Assembly: GCF_009914755.1 (NCBI RefSeq)
Contig: NC_060942.1
Reading direction: 5' to 3' (one strand)
DNA from: the human T2T-CHM13v2.0 reference genome, Homo sapiens
Length of the DNA stretch: 64,000 nt
Position 1 is the stretch's first letter. Each line of letters opens with the position of its first letter. Of the stretch, positions 53,150 through 64,000 are shown piece after piece. The translations under genes were made by a program, and so were the position numbers. The notes under the pieces were generated by a model. The model worked only from the letters and a program-made list of their open reading frames with translations, did not search any database and was not told the origin of the DNA.

Positions 53150-53700
53150 GGCTTAAAAATTAACTATGACTAAAGTTTTCATACTTACACAAAAGTTAGC
53201 ATAATAATATAATAAACCCATGTACCTGTTACCCAGTTTCAATGGTATACTGCTAAAAAAGCCCACATTTGTAGCATCTGCTAATTTCTGTTGTGTAAAT
53301 ATCTCCATCATGACCAATTTTAAGCTACCAGTGGTTTAGCAACCTGTTGGCAAAGTCTTTGACAGTCAGCTCTGCACCCCAGCGTGCCACTGGGATAGCT
53401 TCCACAATTGTTACCATTTTCCAAACTTGTCTATACTCTCATCTACTTTGGTTTTTAATTTTAATTATTTGGGGGTATACTTTAAAACAAATCCCAGTCA
53501 TCATGTTATTTCACTAATAAAAAATTTAATTAACTTATCTAACAAATAAGGGCTTTTATAGAACAATCACAATGCCATTATCACATCTATCAAAATTACC
53601 AGTAATTTTTAAATGTTTTCGAATACTCAGTCCATATTCAGACTTTTCTGATCATTTTTAATATGTCATGTTTTAGTTGATTTGTCTGAATCAGGAAACA
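53150..53700 (-). mobile_element. L1MC-type LINE-1 3' fragment hosting a MER63-like insert
   Basis: ataatataataaacccatgtacc...acccag and aaacaaatcccag...cacaatgccattatcacatcta...cagtccatattca...tgaatcagga. Confidence 0.75.
53240..53392. mobile_element. MER63-like element, internally deleted, opposite orientation to the copy at 34914
   Basis: CAATGG...CCACTG termini; the reverse complement contains ggtagcttaaaattggtcatgatggagatatttacac...gaaattagcagatgctacaaat. Confidence 0.7.
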
Positions 53701-54605
53701 GAATTTGGATTTTTGGAATCCATCTGAAGACAATGGGAGGCATTGAAAGTTTGAGGGCAGAGAAGAGTCAGAACTGTGATAGATGAAGGTTCCTCAATGG
53801 GTAGAAGGCGTGATGAAACCAAGAGGGCATCAAGCACTCAGCCTGTGCTGTTGGTCCATACAAGGAGTAGGGGGGAATGAAGGTGGGCTGAGGACCGTGG
53901 GGGTATCACAGAGGAGATGAATGCCAAAAAGTTTGGTGGCAGAATTAGTGGACCAGCAGCTTCTCAGTAGCTAGAGAATTTGGGATGCTGTTAACCAAAG
54001 TGAGGGCCCACGAGAAGTGCAGTGTTCATTCCTGGAGGAAGAACGATTAAGTGTTCAGAGGAGGAAGGCTCAGTCCTGTTCAAATGAACTGTTACTCCAC
54101 TTTCCTTAGTCCCCACAATTAGTCCTACTCAGAGATCATCAGAGGACACAACCATCTGCAGAACAATCCTGGGTTCCATGAGTCCTCAACCAGAAGTTTT
54201 AATGCCAAACCCCAAAGTATTCTGTGAGGAGAAGCTGCTTTTTAGGAAGGTATGACTGTGGAGTTTCTGCATAGAGAGAAATCCTGGCTGTGCTTATCTC
54301 CCAACAGAAAAGGAAGGCTGAAGCAGGGCAGGGGCTGTGACAGCAGCTGATGTTTCAAGGAGGGTCTATGTATTGGTTTGCTACAGATGGGTATTCCTAC
54401 ACTGGGAAATGGAAGGCAACTGGGGGAGTGAGAGTCTTCCGACAGCTCTTTTATTTTGTAAAAGGGAATCTCTGAGTTACCAGGTTGCTTGTTCTTCTAG
54501 GGTTGATCATGTTTTTCAGAACAAAGTCACCATTATCTGACTCAACTCTAAATGGACATCAGCTGTCTACAAGTTCAGCATCAACACTTAGAAAGAGTAA
54601 AATTG

Positions 54606-54917
54606 GGCCGGGTGCGGTGGCTCTTGACTGTAATACCAACACATTGGGAGGCCAAGGCGGGTGGATCATGGGGTCAAGAGATCGAGACCTCCTGGCCAAC
54701 ATGGTGAAACCTCGTCTCTACTAAAAATACAAAAACTAGCTGGGCGTGGTGCTGCGTGCCTGTAGTCCCAGCTACTCTGGAGAGTGAGGTAGGAGAATAG
54801 CTTGAACCCAGAAGGAAGAGGTTGCCGAGATCGGGGAGTGAGCCGAGATCGCGCCGCTGCACTCCAGCCTGGCAAGAGAGCAAGACTCCATCTCAAAAAA
54901 AAAAAAAAAAAAAAAAA
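54606..54917 (+). mobile_element. Alu (AluSc-like) with an 11-bp insertion
   Basis: ggccgggtgcggtggctc...ggtcaagagatcgagacc...long A tail; imperfect 16-bp TSD agaaagagtaaaattg (54590-54605) and agaaggagtgaaattg (54918-54933). Confidence 0.98.
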
Positions 54918-55039
54918 AGAAGGAGTGAAATTGAAGCTCTGGGTTTTCCAGGGCACTGAGCCTCGTTAGACTCAACTGGAGTTTGTGGTAATGCATGTTC
55001 ACCCTGCTTTTGGCTCAATACACATATACCAAGGACTTA

Positions 55040-55265
55040 GTATATATAGATGCCGGAAGATGTTCTTTGAATTTTACGTGTATTTTGTCATTTAATCCTC
55101 ACAACATTTTGTAAAATTAATAGGAACATTAGCCCCATTTTACAAGTCAGCACACAGAGGCACGGGGAAGTTAAGGTCACCAAGCCCATATGTGCTAGAA
55201 GTGGGATTTGAACTCAGGTAGTCTGGCTCCAATATCTGTATTCTTAACCACTTATGCTACGCCAT
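55040..55265 (-). mobile_element. MIR
   Basis: tcatttaatcctcacaac...ccccattttaca...gaggcacggggaagttaag...gggatttgaactcaggtagtctggctcc...tcttaaccact. Confidence 0.88.
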
Positions 55266-55769
55266 CTTGAATTAGATTTGTCTCTACAGTGAACACAGAC
55301 CAGTGTGACCACTGGTAAGTTCAGGACAAGTGGCTGCACCTTCGTTTTTGAAGATTGTATTGAGTTTCCTTGATCTTTGACAAGGGCCATGAAAAAGCAA
55401 TTTCTTTATCTGAGTAATAGAGGGAATTGCTGCATAGCATTTTGAATCCTTCCACCTTGGCAAATAGTTTCTTATTGTTCTCATTCCTGTCCTTCCCCAA
55501 ACTCTCAAAGGGAGAATCATAGTGGTGTTTGTCCCTCCCACAGAGGAGGAAACTGATATGAGACAGAGGTAGGCAGGGCCAGCAGTGAGGATACAGGTTG
55601 CTTGTTTTGATTTCACCACATAATATTTACTTTGCTGTTTAGGAAAGAGCCATCCCAAAGCAAAGCAGTGTATAAGGAAATCCTGCAGCTGCTGCTTCCT
55701 TACACCCTCCCACACCCCCACACCCCTATTTTAAAATGGAACGAGACACTAGAGACCAGAAAAGTTGCC

Positions 55770-55945
55770 ATTCCCAGCCTTGGCTGCAGACAGGAATTAT
55801 CAGGGCAGTTTGAAAAATACAGGAATCCAGTCCTAACCCCTGTAGTGTGGATTGAATTGGTCTGGGTGGGGTCTGGATATTGGTATTTTCAGAAGCTCTC
55901 CAAAATCTAAGTCAGCCTCCTCATTTTCTAGATTAAAGACTCCAG
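55770..55945. mobile_element. MER5-like element
   Basis: cttggctgca...gaattatcagggcagtttgaaaaatac...aattggtctgggtggggtctgg. Confidence 0.65.
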
Positions 55946-56760
55946 TAAGGAGGAAGTCTGGAAGAGAAGAGGAGGCCAAGGCATCCCATTCAAAAAGCAA
56001 TTCCTGTCCCAGGAACGTGCCATGTGCTTCTCATGCCCCCGGAACCCATTCCCCGCAAAACCCGGTTCTCTCACTCTTCCTTTTCACAGTGAACCTGCAG
56101 TCTGGGCACAAGAAGTATAACTTCGCATGGATTCTGCAAAGCCCACACCTGTGGTCATTCCCTGTTCTTTCCATTCAACAATGGAGACTTGCCCAAGATT
56201 GTAAACTAGTGAGTGACAGCATTTGGGCTTATGATCTTCTCTGCCTGCTAGCTAGACATTCTCTCTGGGTCTAAAAGATAATCCAAAAAGATCCAGCTTC
56301 ACAATGCTGCCCTGAAGAGATAATGCATTAGGCGGCCCTGATGCAGCATTCACTGTCTTCCAGGGCAGGCTTGATCCCATGAGTTTGCTTGCTCAGACGA
56401 TCACTTAGGAAACACATGCCTTTACTCTCTAGGCCTTTTTTCTAGCTTGCCTTGTATCAGCTATGCCATGGATCTTTGCTCTCTTACCCCATGCTATACA
56501 GAGTATGGGCTCCAAGCCACAGCTGGCCTGTCAAGTGTGTGTCGCTGGTCCACCATGGGATACATTTAGAAACTTTTATAGCAATTTGACATTTTTGTGA
56601 TATCCAAGCATGTGATTGTTTTCCTACGGATTTGTCTTATAGTATTTTACCAAAGTTTCCACACAAAAAGTATGGATTAAGGACAAAGTATCTGGTCCTT
56701 CATCAAAGATCGTTTGATAAGCTCTGTTCTAGTTAACCAACACTGAGCTTTCCTAGTTTT

Positions 56761-56803
56761 AATAAAAGAGTAGGATTTGGACTCCTTATTTGTCTTTTTC
56801 TTC
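56761..56803 (+). promoter_or_regulatory. Candidate polyadenylation signal with U-rich downstream element
   Basis: AATAAA at 56761-56766, followed about 20 nt later by ttatttgtctttttctt. Confidence 0.25.
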
Positions 56804-58619
56804 TACAAGCCTGTATGTGAATATTTGTAATAGGAATAATGTTCACCCTCCAAAAAAAATGGTTCCACTCGTAACAGTATCTTTCTTGCTACTTTTAGGA
56901 TAACTGCACACAATGTGTATCTTTTCTCATAATTCCTAAGGAAACCCATTTAATTATTACCAGACGTGTGACAATAACAGGGCATTTTTAACAAAAATAT
57001 TTGCCCACGTGCATACATACACCTCACACTGAAGCCCAAACTGACACTTTTACTCTTCTTACATGAAATCAACAGTTTCCTCCCACAAGTATACATTTTT
57101 TGAACTGCTTACCTTGACTGTGTTTTTAGTGGATTTTTTTTTTTAACCAGTATTGGCATTTGGTCCTGGAGAAAGAAGTTCTCCAGGTGTTTTCCAGAAA
57201 GTCTGGCATTTCCGTGGAATATTCTGAAGTCTTAATAAGTTCTCCTGGGATACTAAATCTCTAGACCTCAGTGAATATTTTGTTTTTTAATTCCAAGACA
57301 TTCTGACCATCTGAGGGCTGTGTGCAGGTGGGCCTGACTTAAAACAAACCTAATGTGCAGAAGGTCACGTGTGAGAAAATTGATAGATGACAGGTGGGTG
57401 TTGGGGGGTAGGTGGTTATTCTTATGCAGAAAATTTTTTCCACTTGATCAAGGAAATCAGTATAAGTCATCCCTGCTAGTATATTCAAATATGATGTCGT
57501 ATTTCAAAATCTGATTTAAACTCAATTTTTTCAGAACAGAAATATAAACAAAGTGAGGCCAACTGGTTGAAGTAACTTTGAATGATACCCTTAGCAACGA
57601 GGGAGTAGGAGTAGATGATGTCTATGATCCCTGGAGACTCCAAAGATTTCCTTATTCTGTGAATCTTTCCACTGTCTTTACATCTTCAGTTTTTCATTCA
57701 TTTTTTTTTTCTCTTCAATCCTTTTGGTAAAGTGGCCTAAAGATGAGCTTCTTAAAACTTCTCCTGTAATTCTGCTCACTTGAGACCTGGGGTTATTGAT
57801 GTTTTGTACTGTATCTCTAATGTCTGTGTTTATTACTAGATTTAGTTACAGCATCATATTTTCCTGTGTCTAAAATGTTAGTATGATACATGACTGTGCT
57901 TTATATATTTTTAGGTCTAGGAATGACTCCTGCATAGTAAATGCAAATTCACAAACCACCTTTAGAGCTTGAGAGGTTTCTTTTTCTTAATTCCTTTATC
58001 AGGATAGTTCCAAATCTCCCTCTTCAGGATGGAAGAGGCCCATCTCCACAATAAATAAGCAAGCTCACTTTTTTAGTTCTTTCCAACCCCACTACCTGGC
58101 TCCCACTCTAACCTTTTTGTCCTTCCACCTATCTACTCACCCCGTTTCCTACCATGTTGTACCAAACAAAAGACATCCATTGAGAGGTGTCAAGAGACCT
58201 CCAAAAGAGAGGGGCCCTCATAGTGGAACAGCTTGCAGCTCTCACATGGCTTTTTGCAGACATCTGCTTGCTTGTGTTTGGAGGCTTGGTTAAGACTGCA
58301 GGCAGCCTCTACTGCATTTTTTGGATATTTCCCTGATAGTGGCCATCCTCTTCCACCACCCTCCAGCTCTGCCATGATTTCCTTTGTACATCTCTCACCT
58401 TCCTAAAAATATGCACCAGAGTTACTGGCAGAACTCATGTTTCTAATGGGTGACCCAAGCCAATGATACATGGAGGGGAAAGCTTTGTGTGATGTTGTTG
58501 TAATCTTTACAGCTATAAATAGTAAAAATTGATGCTTGTTTAGCAACAAAACATAAATCTCTCCCACTTTGCTGTATCCAGTATCAAGCACAGAGAACAT
58601 TTTCCATTACTTTATAGTT

Positions 58620-58855
58620 TGGTAGTTAAGAGCAATGATTTTGGAACCAAACTGATAAGTTTGAATCACAGGTTGGACTTGTACTAGCTGTGTGACCTCT
58701 GTAAGTTATTTAACTTTTATGGCCAGAGTCATCCTTAGTAGAGGAAGGATACCTACCATGGGGTTTTGAACAGGATTGAAAAGATAAGCCCATAGAAAAG
58801 TGTCTGGCATCTAGTAAACACTCCATAAATGTGCACTGTAATTCTTGTTACTCTT
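58620..58855 (+). mobile_element. MIR
   Basis: tagttaagagca...gtttgaatc...tactagctgtgtgacct...aagttatttaac...tgtctggcatctagtaaacactccataaatg. Confidence 0.85.
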
Positions 58856-59856
58856 ATAAATTACATAATTGAAATTGATCTTGGACTGTTGAAGTCAGGG
58901 TTAGAGCACAAATTTCAGCTTCCCAAGACCATATTACTAGAGTTTGGGATTGTCCAACAGAAAAAACAAACAAACAAACAAAATAAAGGAAACCCACAAA
59001 ACCTAGATTCACCTAACCTTTCACTAGGCTGTTTATGATGCTTGCCATTTTAAATGAGCAGTGATAAACACTGTAGTCCTGGGAGAATGGCCCTAGGAGA
59101 GGAAGGAGGAGGACAGAGACTGATGAGAACAGGCTAAAGGATGCGTAGGGGCCATTTGACCAGGAGAAGGGAACACCTCACACTTGCCTTCATTGACTGC
59201 TTCCTTCTCTTCCCACCTACAGCACTTTCTGAACTAACATTTTATCTTTCACTCATGGAAGAGGAATAGCTATAAGGTACTAAAAATGATTTTTAATAAA
59301 TGTATCAGTAGTTCATTCAACCACAGAGTATTGCCTCATTTAAGCAACTTTCTCAGGCCCAGTGATCCTCTCCACATATTTCTGGAGGTCCACTTTGGCT
59401 CCTACCCTGTGGAAGATTCACACGTGCAGTGATTGGTTGCCCAGAAACATCAGTGAGGAACTGGACCAAAGGGCATTTGGCTGTTTGGAGAGACTGCACT
59501 AGGACTTGGGGATTTTTTAGGATTTTATATGATGACTTTCACACCGCTAAATTCAGCTGCTTCCATATGAAAAATAAGAGATGATTCAAGAAGCACATGG
59601 GTTTTGGATTTAATGGGGCATTGGGGGAGTGAGAGGGCATCTGCAGAAAAGAGCCATCCAGGCTGCAGAACTCTTGTTTCCAGCAAATAGTCCATTGTTG
59701 ACGTGGTGATAGGGCAAGTAGTTTGCTGATGGAAAAAAGAGAGGTCTGTGCCAGGCTTAATTGTATTGTGAGAAAATGCAGCTGGCTAAATTTGGCTTCC
59801 CGCCTTTGATATGTGTAGGAACAGAAATCCCAAAGTAAAGAACATGGGGTGAGCAT

Positions 59857-60283
59857 TGTATTAGGCTGTTCTTGTATCGTTATAAAGAAATATCCGAGAC
59901 TGAGTAATTTATTTAAAGAAAAGGTTTAGTTGGCTAATGGTTCTGCAGGTTATTCAGGAAGCGTGGTGCTGGAATCTGCTTGGCATCTGGGGAGGCCTCA
60001 GGGAGTTTACAATCGTGGCCGAAGGTAAAGGGAAAGCAGGCACATCACATGGCCAGAGCAGGAGCAAGAGAGCGAGTAGGGGCAGAGGTGCCACATGTTT
60101 TAAATGACCAGATCACTTGCGAACTCAGAGCTAGAGTACTCTTATCACCAAGAGGACAGCCCAAGTCATTCATGAGGGATCTGCCCCCATGGTCCAAACA
60201 CCTCCCACAAGGCTCCACCTCCAAGTTTGAGAATGACATTTCAACATGAGATCTGGGTGGGGACAAATATCCAAACTATATCA
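59857..60283 (-). mobile_element. MaLR solo LTR, MSTA/MSTB-like, complete
   Basis: tgtattagg...ataaagaaata...gagactgagtaattt through ttcaacatgagatctgggtggggacaaatatccaaactatatca; perfect 5-bp TSD AGCAT at 59852-59856 and 60284-60288. Confidence 0.95.
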
Positions 60284-63019
60284 AGCATGGTGTAAATACA
60301 GTCTGTGTGCTTCCAGCAAAAAGTAGATGCTCAATCAATATTTGTGGGACCTATTCTAGGGCTGCTTATATACCCAGGGGTCAAAGCAAATCCCTTAACA
60401 AAAATTCAGGTATACAAATTCTGACATTTCTGTAATGCTTTCTGGCCTTGGGATCATATCAAAAATGTCTCCTACTACACATTTTATCTTTGGAGTTAAC
60501 AAGTTTTGTGAGCCTATTTTAAGACCATCAAGTTTTGGAGGTTTACTTGTCACTCACCATGATTTTATGGTATAACAGGAATGTTCAGGTACCTCTGGAG
60601 GTGGGATCAAAAGTGGACAGCTTTGAATTAAATGAGCTTGATTCACCCACCTCAAACCCATTGCATTTTTGGTTTATTGGCATCTTGTGAACAATGACCT
60701 AAGGCAGGGGTGGGTAAGAGGAGACGGGAGGGTGCTGGCAAAAAGAAATCTGAGACTGCAGGCATCTAGAGAGACAGCACATTTCATTCTTGATAAACTC
60801 CAGCAGAAAAGAGCAATCAGCTAAACAAGAGCTGGACAAATTAAATGGCTGAGTATTATTTCAAAGGAGAGCTCAGGCAGCATCAGAAATTCCCCATCAG
60901 CTGTAATAACGCCAATTACTTTGCCAATTGCAGATTCCATCGTGATGTGTTTAGTGCAATCAGGCATCGGACTCTTGCAGGGGCCTGATGGGTTTTGTTT
61001 ACCCTGAATGTACATTTGTAGAGAATCTTTTGCACCTAAAGGCTTAGAGCTCTGAATGTCCTTCGCTAGATCCAGATTCATACACAGCTGAGGGAGATTA
61101 TCTTTGAGATGGAGGCAGGGGCAGGCTGGACCCAGTGCCCCCGCCCCTCACTGGAGAATGCCTGGGATTTAAATATAAAGAGCACAGCTGGGTTTGGTGG
61201 TTCTAGTAAATGTGACAGTCTCCAGAAAACCTCTCTGTAGAGTAACCAACCAGTTAATCAATATATATTTCTGATTATGAATGAGCAAGGCTTCTTGGCA
61301 TGTTGGAGTGTCGGACGGATAACCATTAAGCAGCAATAACAAACATGTAGCTCTGGGCGGAGAGACTTGCCAAGAGTTCATTAAGCATTAAATACTGACA
61401 AATGGGGGTGCGGGGGTTTTCATTGTCTCCCTTTGAGAATCATTTGGTGGAATGTCAAACATACAGATCATTTCACATATGGAAAGAGATCAGAAAAAAG
61501 GGAGATATCTACTGCTGTCCCCAATATTTTAGTAGAGAAAACAAAATTTGGAGAGTATACAGAAACATTCATTTTTTGTTTGTTTACATTTGGCTCCATA
61601 GAAATGAATGGGTGTGTGGCTGCCACTACTTTGAGGAGTGAGCTGCGATTCTCCATTTATACCCTCAGTCCAGGAAGGTGCTAATCATGAGCACTTTGGT
61701 CAGGCTGACAGCTCAAGTGGAAGTTATATCTATGACTGCTGGGGGTGCGGACGAAGCGCTAAAGGCTGATTTGATTCCACTTATGCTCAGCTGTCATCTG
61801 GGGCCACAGCTTGAAGGAGAATGGGATGCTATTCTCTTCCCTCTGCTGTGTGACAAGCAACCTTTGTGCCTTTTTTTTTTTTTAACCTGCCTCTTTCTCC
61901 TTCACACCTATGATAAAGGCCTCTTTGCCTGCAAAGAAAGAATTCTCCAAATTCAAAAGCAGCTTCCATTGCCTCCTAGTGAGTGACTCTTGGACTCCTC
62001 AAGCCCTCCTTCCCCCAGCTGTTGCTGAGGGCTCCCTGTTCACAAGGATGGGTCAGGTCCTATTTTAGATGGGAAGGCAGACATGGGATCAGACAGGAAG
62101 AATAGGTCATAGGATATCAGATTAGCATGGCAGGGCTCATGCTATAGGCTTCAGCAACCTTGCAGATCATTTATTCTAGGCGGGGGTGTGTGTGTGCGTT
62201 CACATGTATGTTTTCCCTAAAAAGAGGTACTTCAGCCAGTGCATTTGGTTTGACACCAGTGTTTCTGCAGCTACCTCCTGTTCAGATAATGTTCCTGGCT
62301 CTCAGATAAGAGGCAGAGCTTGTCTCCTGCACACACTGGGGACAGGAAAGACTCTCAGAAATCATGAGATAACATATGAAGCAGTGAATGGAGGGGAGGG
62401 CACCAAATCTTGCCACATGTACCCAACATCAGTAACTTCACCACCTATGGCAGAGATGGAGCTGCCTCATCCTGCCTTCTCATTAGCATGGAATGGAAAA
62501 TATTCAGTGATTTATCTCTTTGTCTGTAAGGAGATTCATTTGTTCACATATGAACTCAGAGGACATCTCTGACTTGGTAACATAGCCTCCACCATGAGAA
62601 AGATGTTCTGAGATGCAATTTATCAAAAGCAATCTCAGTGGAGTGTGATCCTTTGTCTGCCCTCTTGAGTCTAGGCCAGTTTTAGAGGCTACTAATGTAG
62701 CTCAGCCATGAACATAAATTCGGTTCTTGCAACTAATATTCTTCCTCCATCTTTCTCCACAATGTCTTTAAAATAAGTATATGCTATAAGCATGCCATTT
62801 TGAGAAAGTTGGCCCTTGTGCTAATCCTAATAACTCCACTTTCCTTAAATATGTATCAGTCTAGATTAGCTAATCAGGTTGTCTGTCACCATATTAATTC
62901 ATCTCCACTAGGTACAGGACCGTCTACTAAAACTTATGGCCAGAGGGCCTTTCCTTACATACATGGAACAATTAGGGTCCTTCACTAAACTTACTTACAG
63001 GATATAAAACAATAAACAG

Positions 63020-63235
63020 CCTATGTTTATGAAGCAATTTTAAGTGCTTTCTTATACTTGGTGAGCACTAGAAATGTGAAATAGGCAAGGATAATTAACT
63101 CCATTTTACAAAAGAAGACACTGAGGCAGATTAAGGGAATTTTTTTTTCCAAAAATTCTCAGCTGTTAAATGGTGAAATTGCAGAACTGGGTTTAAAATC
63201 AAGGTCCTCACACTCTAACATCTCTTTCCTCTTTT
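63020..63235 (-). mobile_element. MIR
   Basis: ctccattttacaaaagaagacactgaggcag...cagctgttaaatgg...gaactgggtttaaaatcaaggtc. Confidence 0.7.
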
Positions 63236-63369
63236 GTTCAGTCATGAGACAACAGGGAAGTGTGTATTATGTACCGATGGCATCTTCATACATTTCTCTT
63301 TTATGTACAAAAGATTTAGCACTTCTGCTAAACTAATTGCTCCCCAAAGGAAAACTAGAACCACTGGGA

Positions 63370-63500
63370 GTTGATTGAAAGAGGCGGATTTTAGTTTATT
63401 TCGGAGAAATTTCCTAGCAACGAAATGAGCTCACTCCCATGTGCCTAGTTAGCACCCCATCTCTGGATACTTTAAGTAGCATCCAAAGGCAAGGCAGTAG
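63370..63500 (+). mobile_element. L3/CR1 fragment
   Basis: aggcggattttag...gagaaatttccta...ccccatctctggatactttaag resembles the L3 3' region. Confidence 0.4.
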
Positions 63501-63539
63501 ACTAGAGGATTTTCTGCAGGTACAGGATCAGCGAGAACT

Positions 63540-63735
63540 GAGGCTGAATCACAGCTTCAACACTGGCTATCTCAATGACCTTGTTCAAGGTGGATTACTC
63601 CTCTGAGCCTCAGTGTTCTCATGCATGCAATGGAGGGAACAATATTCACCTCATTTGGCATAAGAAGGATTAAGTATGCATGTAACGGACCAAGCACTTT
63701 GCCTGGAACAGAGGGCTTTTTCAATAAATGCAATT
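63540..63735 (+). mobile_element. MIR
   Basis: tgaccttg...ctctctgagcctcagtgttctcat...aggattaagt...tgcctggaacaga...tcaataaatg. Confidence 0.8.
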
Positions 63736-64000
63736 GTAAAACCCTCTCCAGCCTGGCCTTTCTCCAAGTCAGTGTATCCCATATGTCCTCTCTATCTGCC
63801 ACCCTTCCCAAGGCTTTTGCCACTTTTGCCTGGGTGAGGAAAGTTGGTCCCAGCAGAACCTTCTCATGGCAGCATTGGGAGCCCAGGGGCCATGAACCTC
63901 ACTTCCAGTTTTGGGTCCAGAACTTTTGTAAACTGACTTTGGATTCAGAAGCCAGAAGAAGGTCATTAGGAAAAATGGAACTGGAATCCCCAGCAACTGA

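Overview
This window is mammalian, and specifically primate (probably human), nuclear DNA, not prokaryotic. It is CpG-depleted with no CpG island. It carries six Alu elements, three MaLR solo LTRs, many eroded MIR, L2, L3 and L1M fragments, hAT DNA-transposon fossils (MER5, MER53, MER63, MER117-like) and several microsatellites. I recognise no protein-coding gene, RNA gene or CRISPR array. The supplied ORFs look like chance ORFs or translations of Alu and simple repeats. The window reads as a large intron or intergenic region, and I could not identify the locus. The most notable signals are: (1) a well-formed 15-nt + strand microexon candidate at 51048-51062, with a possible 54-nt exon upstream and a possible terminal exon with polyA signal downstream; (2) a duplicated perfect DR3 nuclear-receptor element at 41262-41305; (3) a (GGAA)14 microsatellite replacing an Alu tail; (4) a closely spaced inverted Alu pair; (5) several repeat-free, motif-dense blocks that resemble enhancers. 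Repeat subfamilies were called by eye from remembered consensus sequences, and boundaries of old repeats are approximate. I see no evidence for a genuinely new biological system; the findings are testable candidates.
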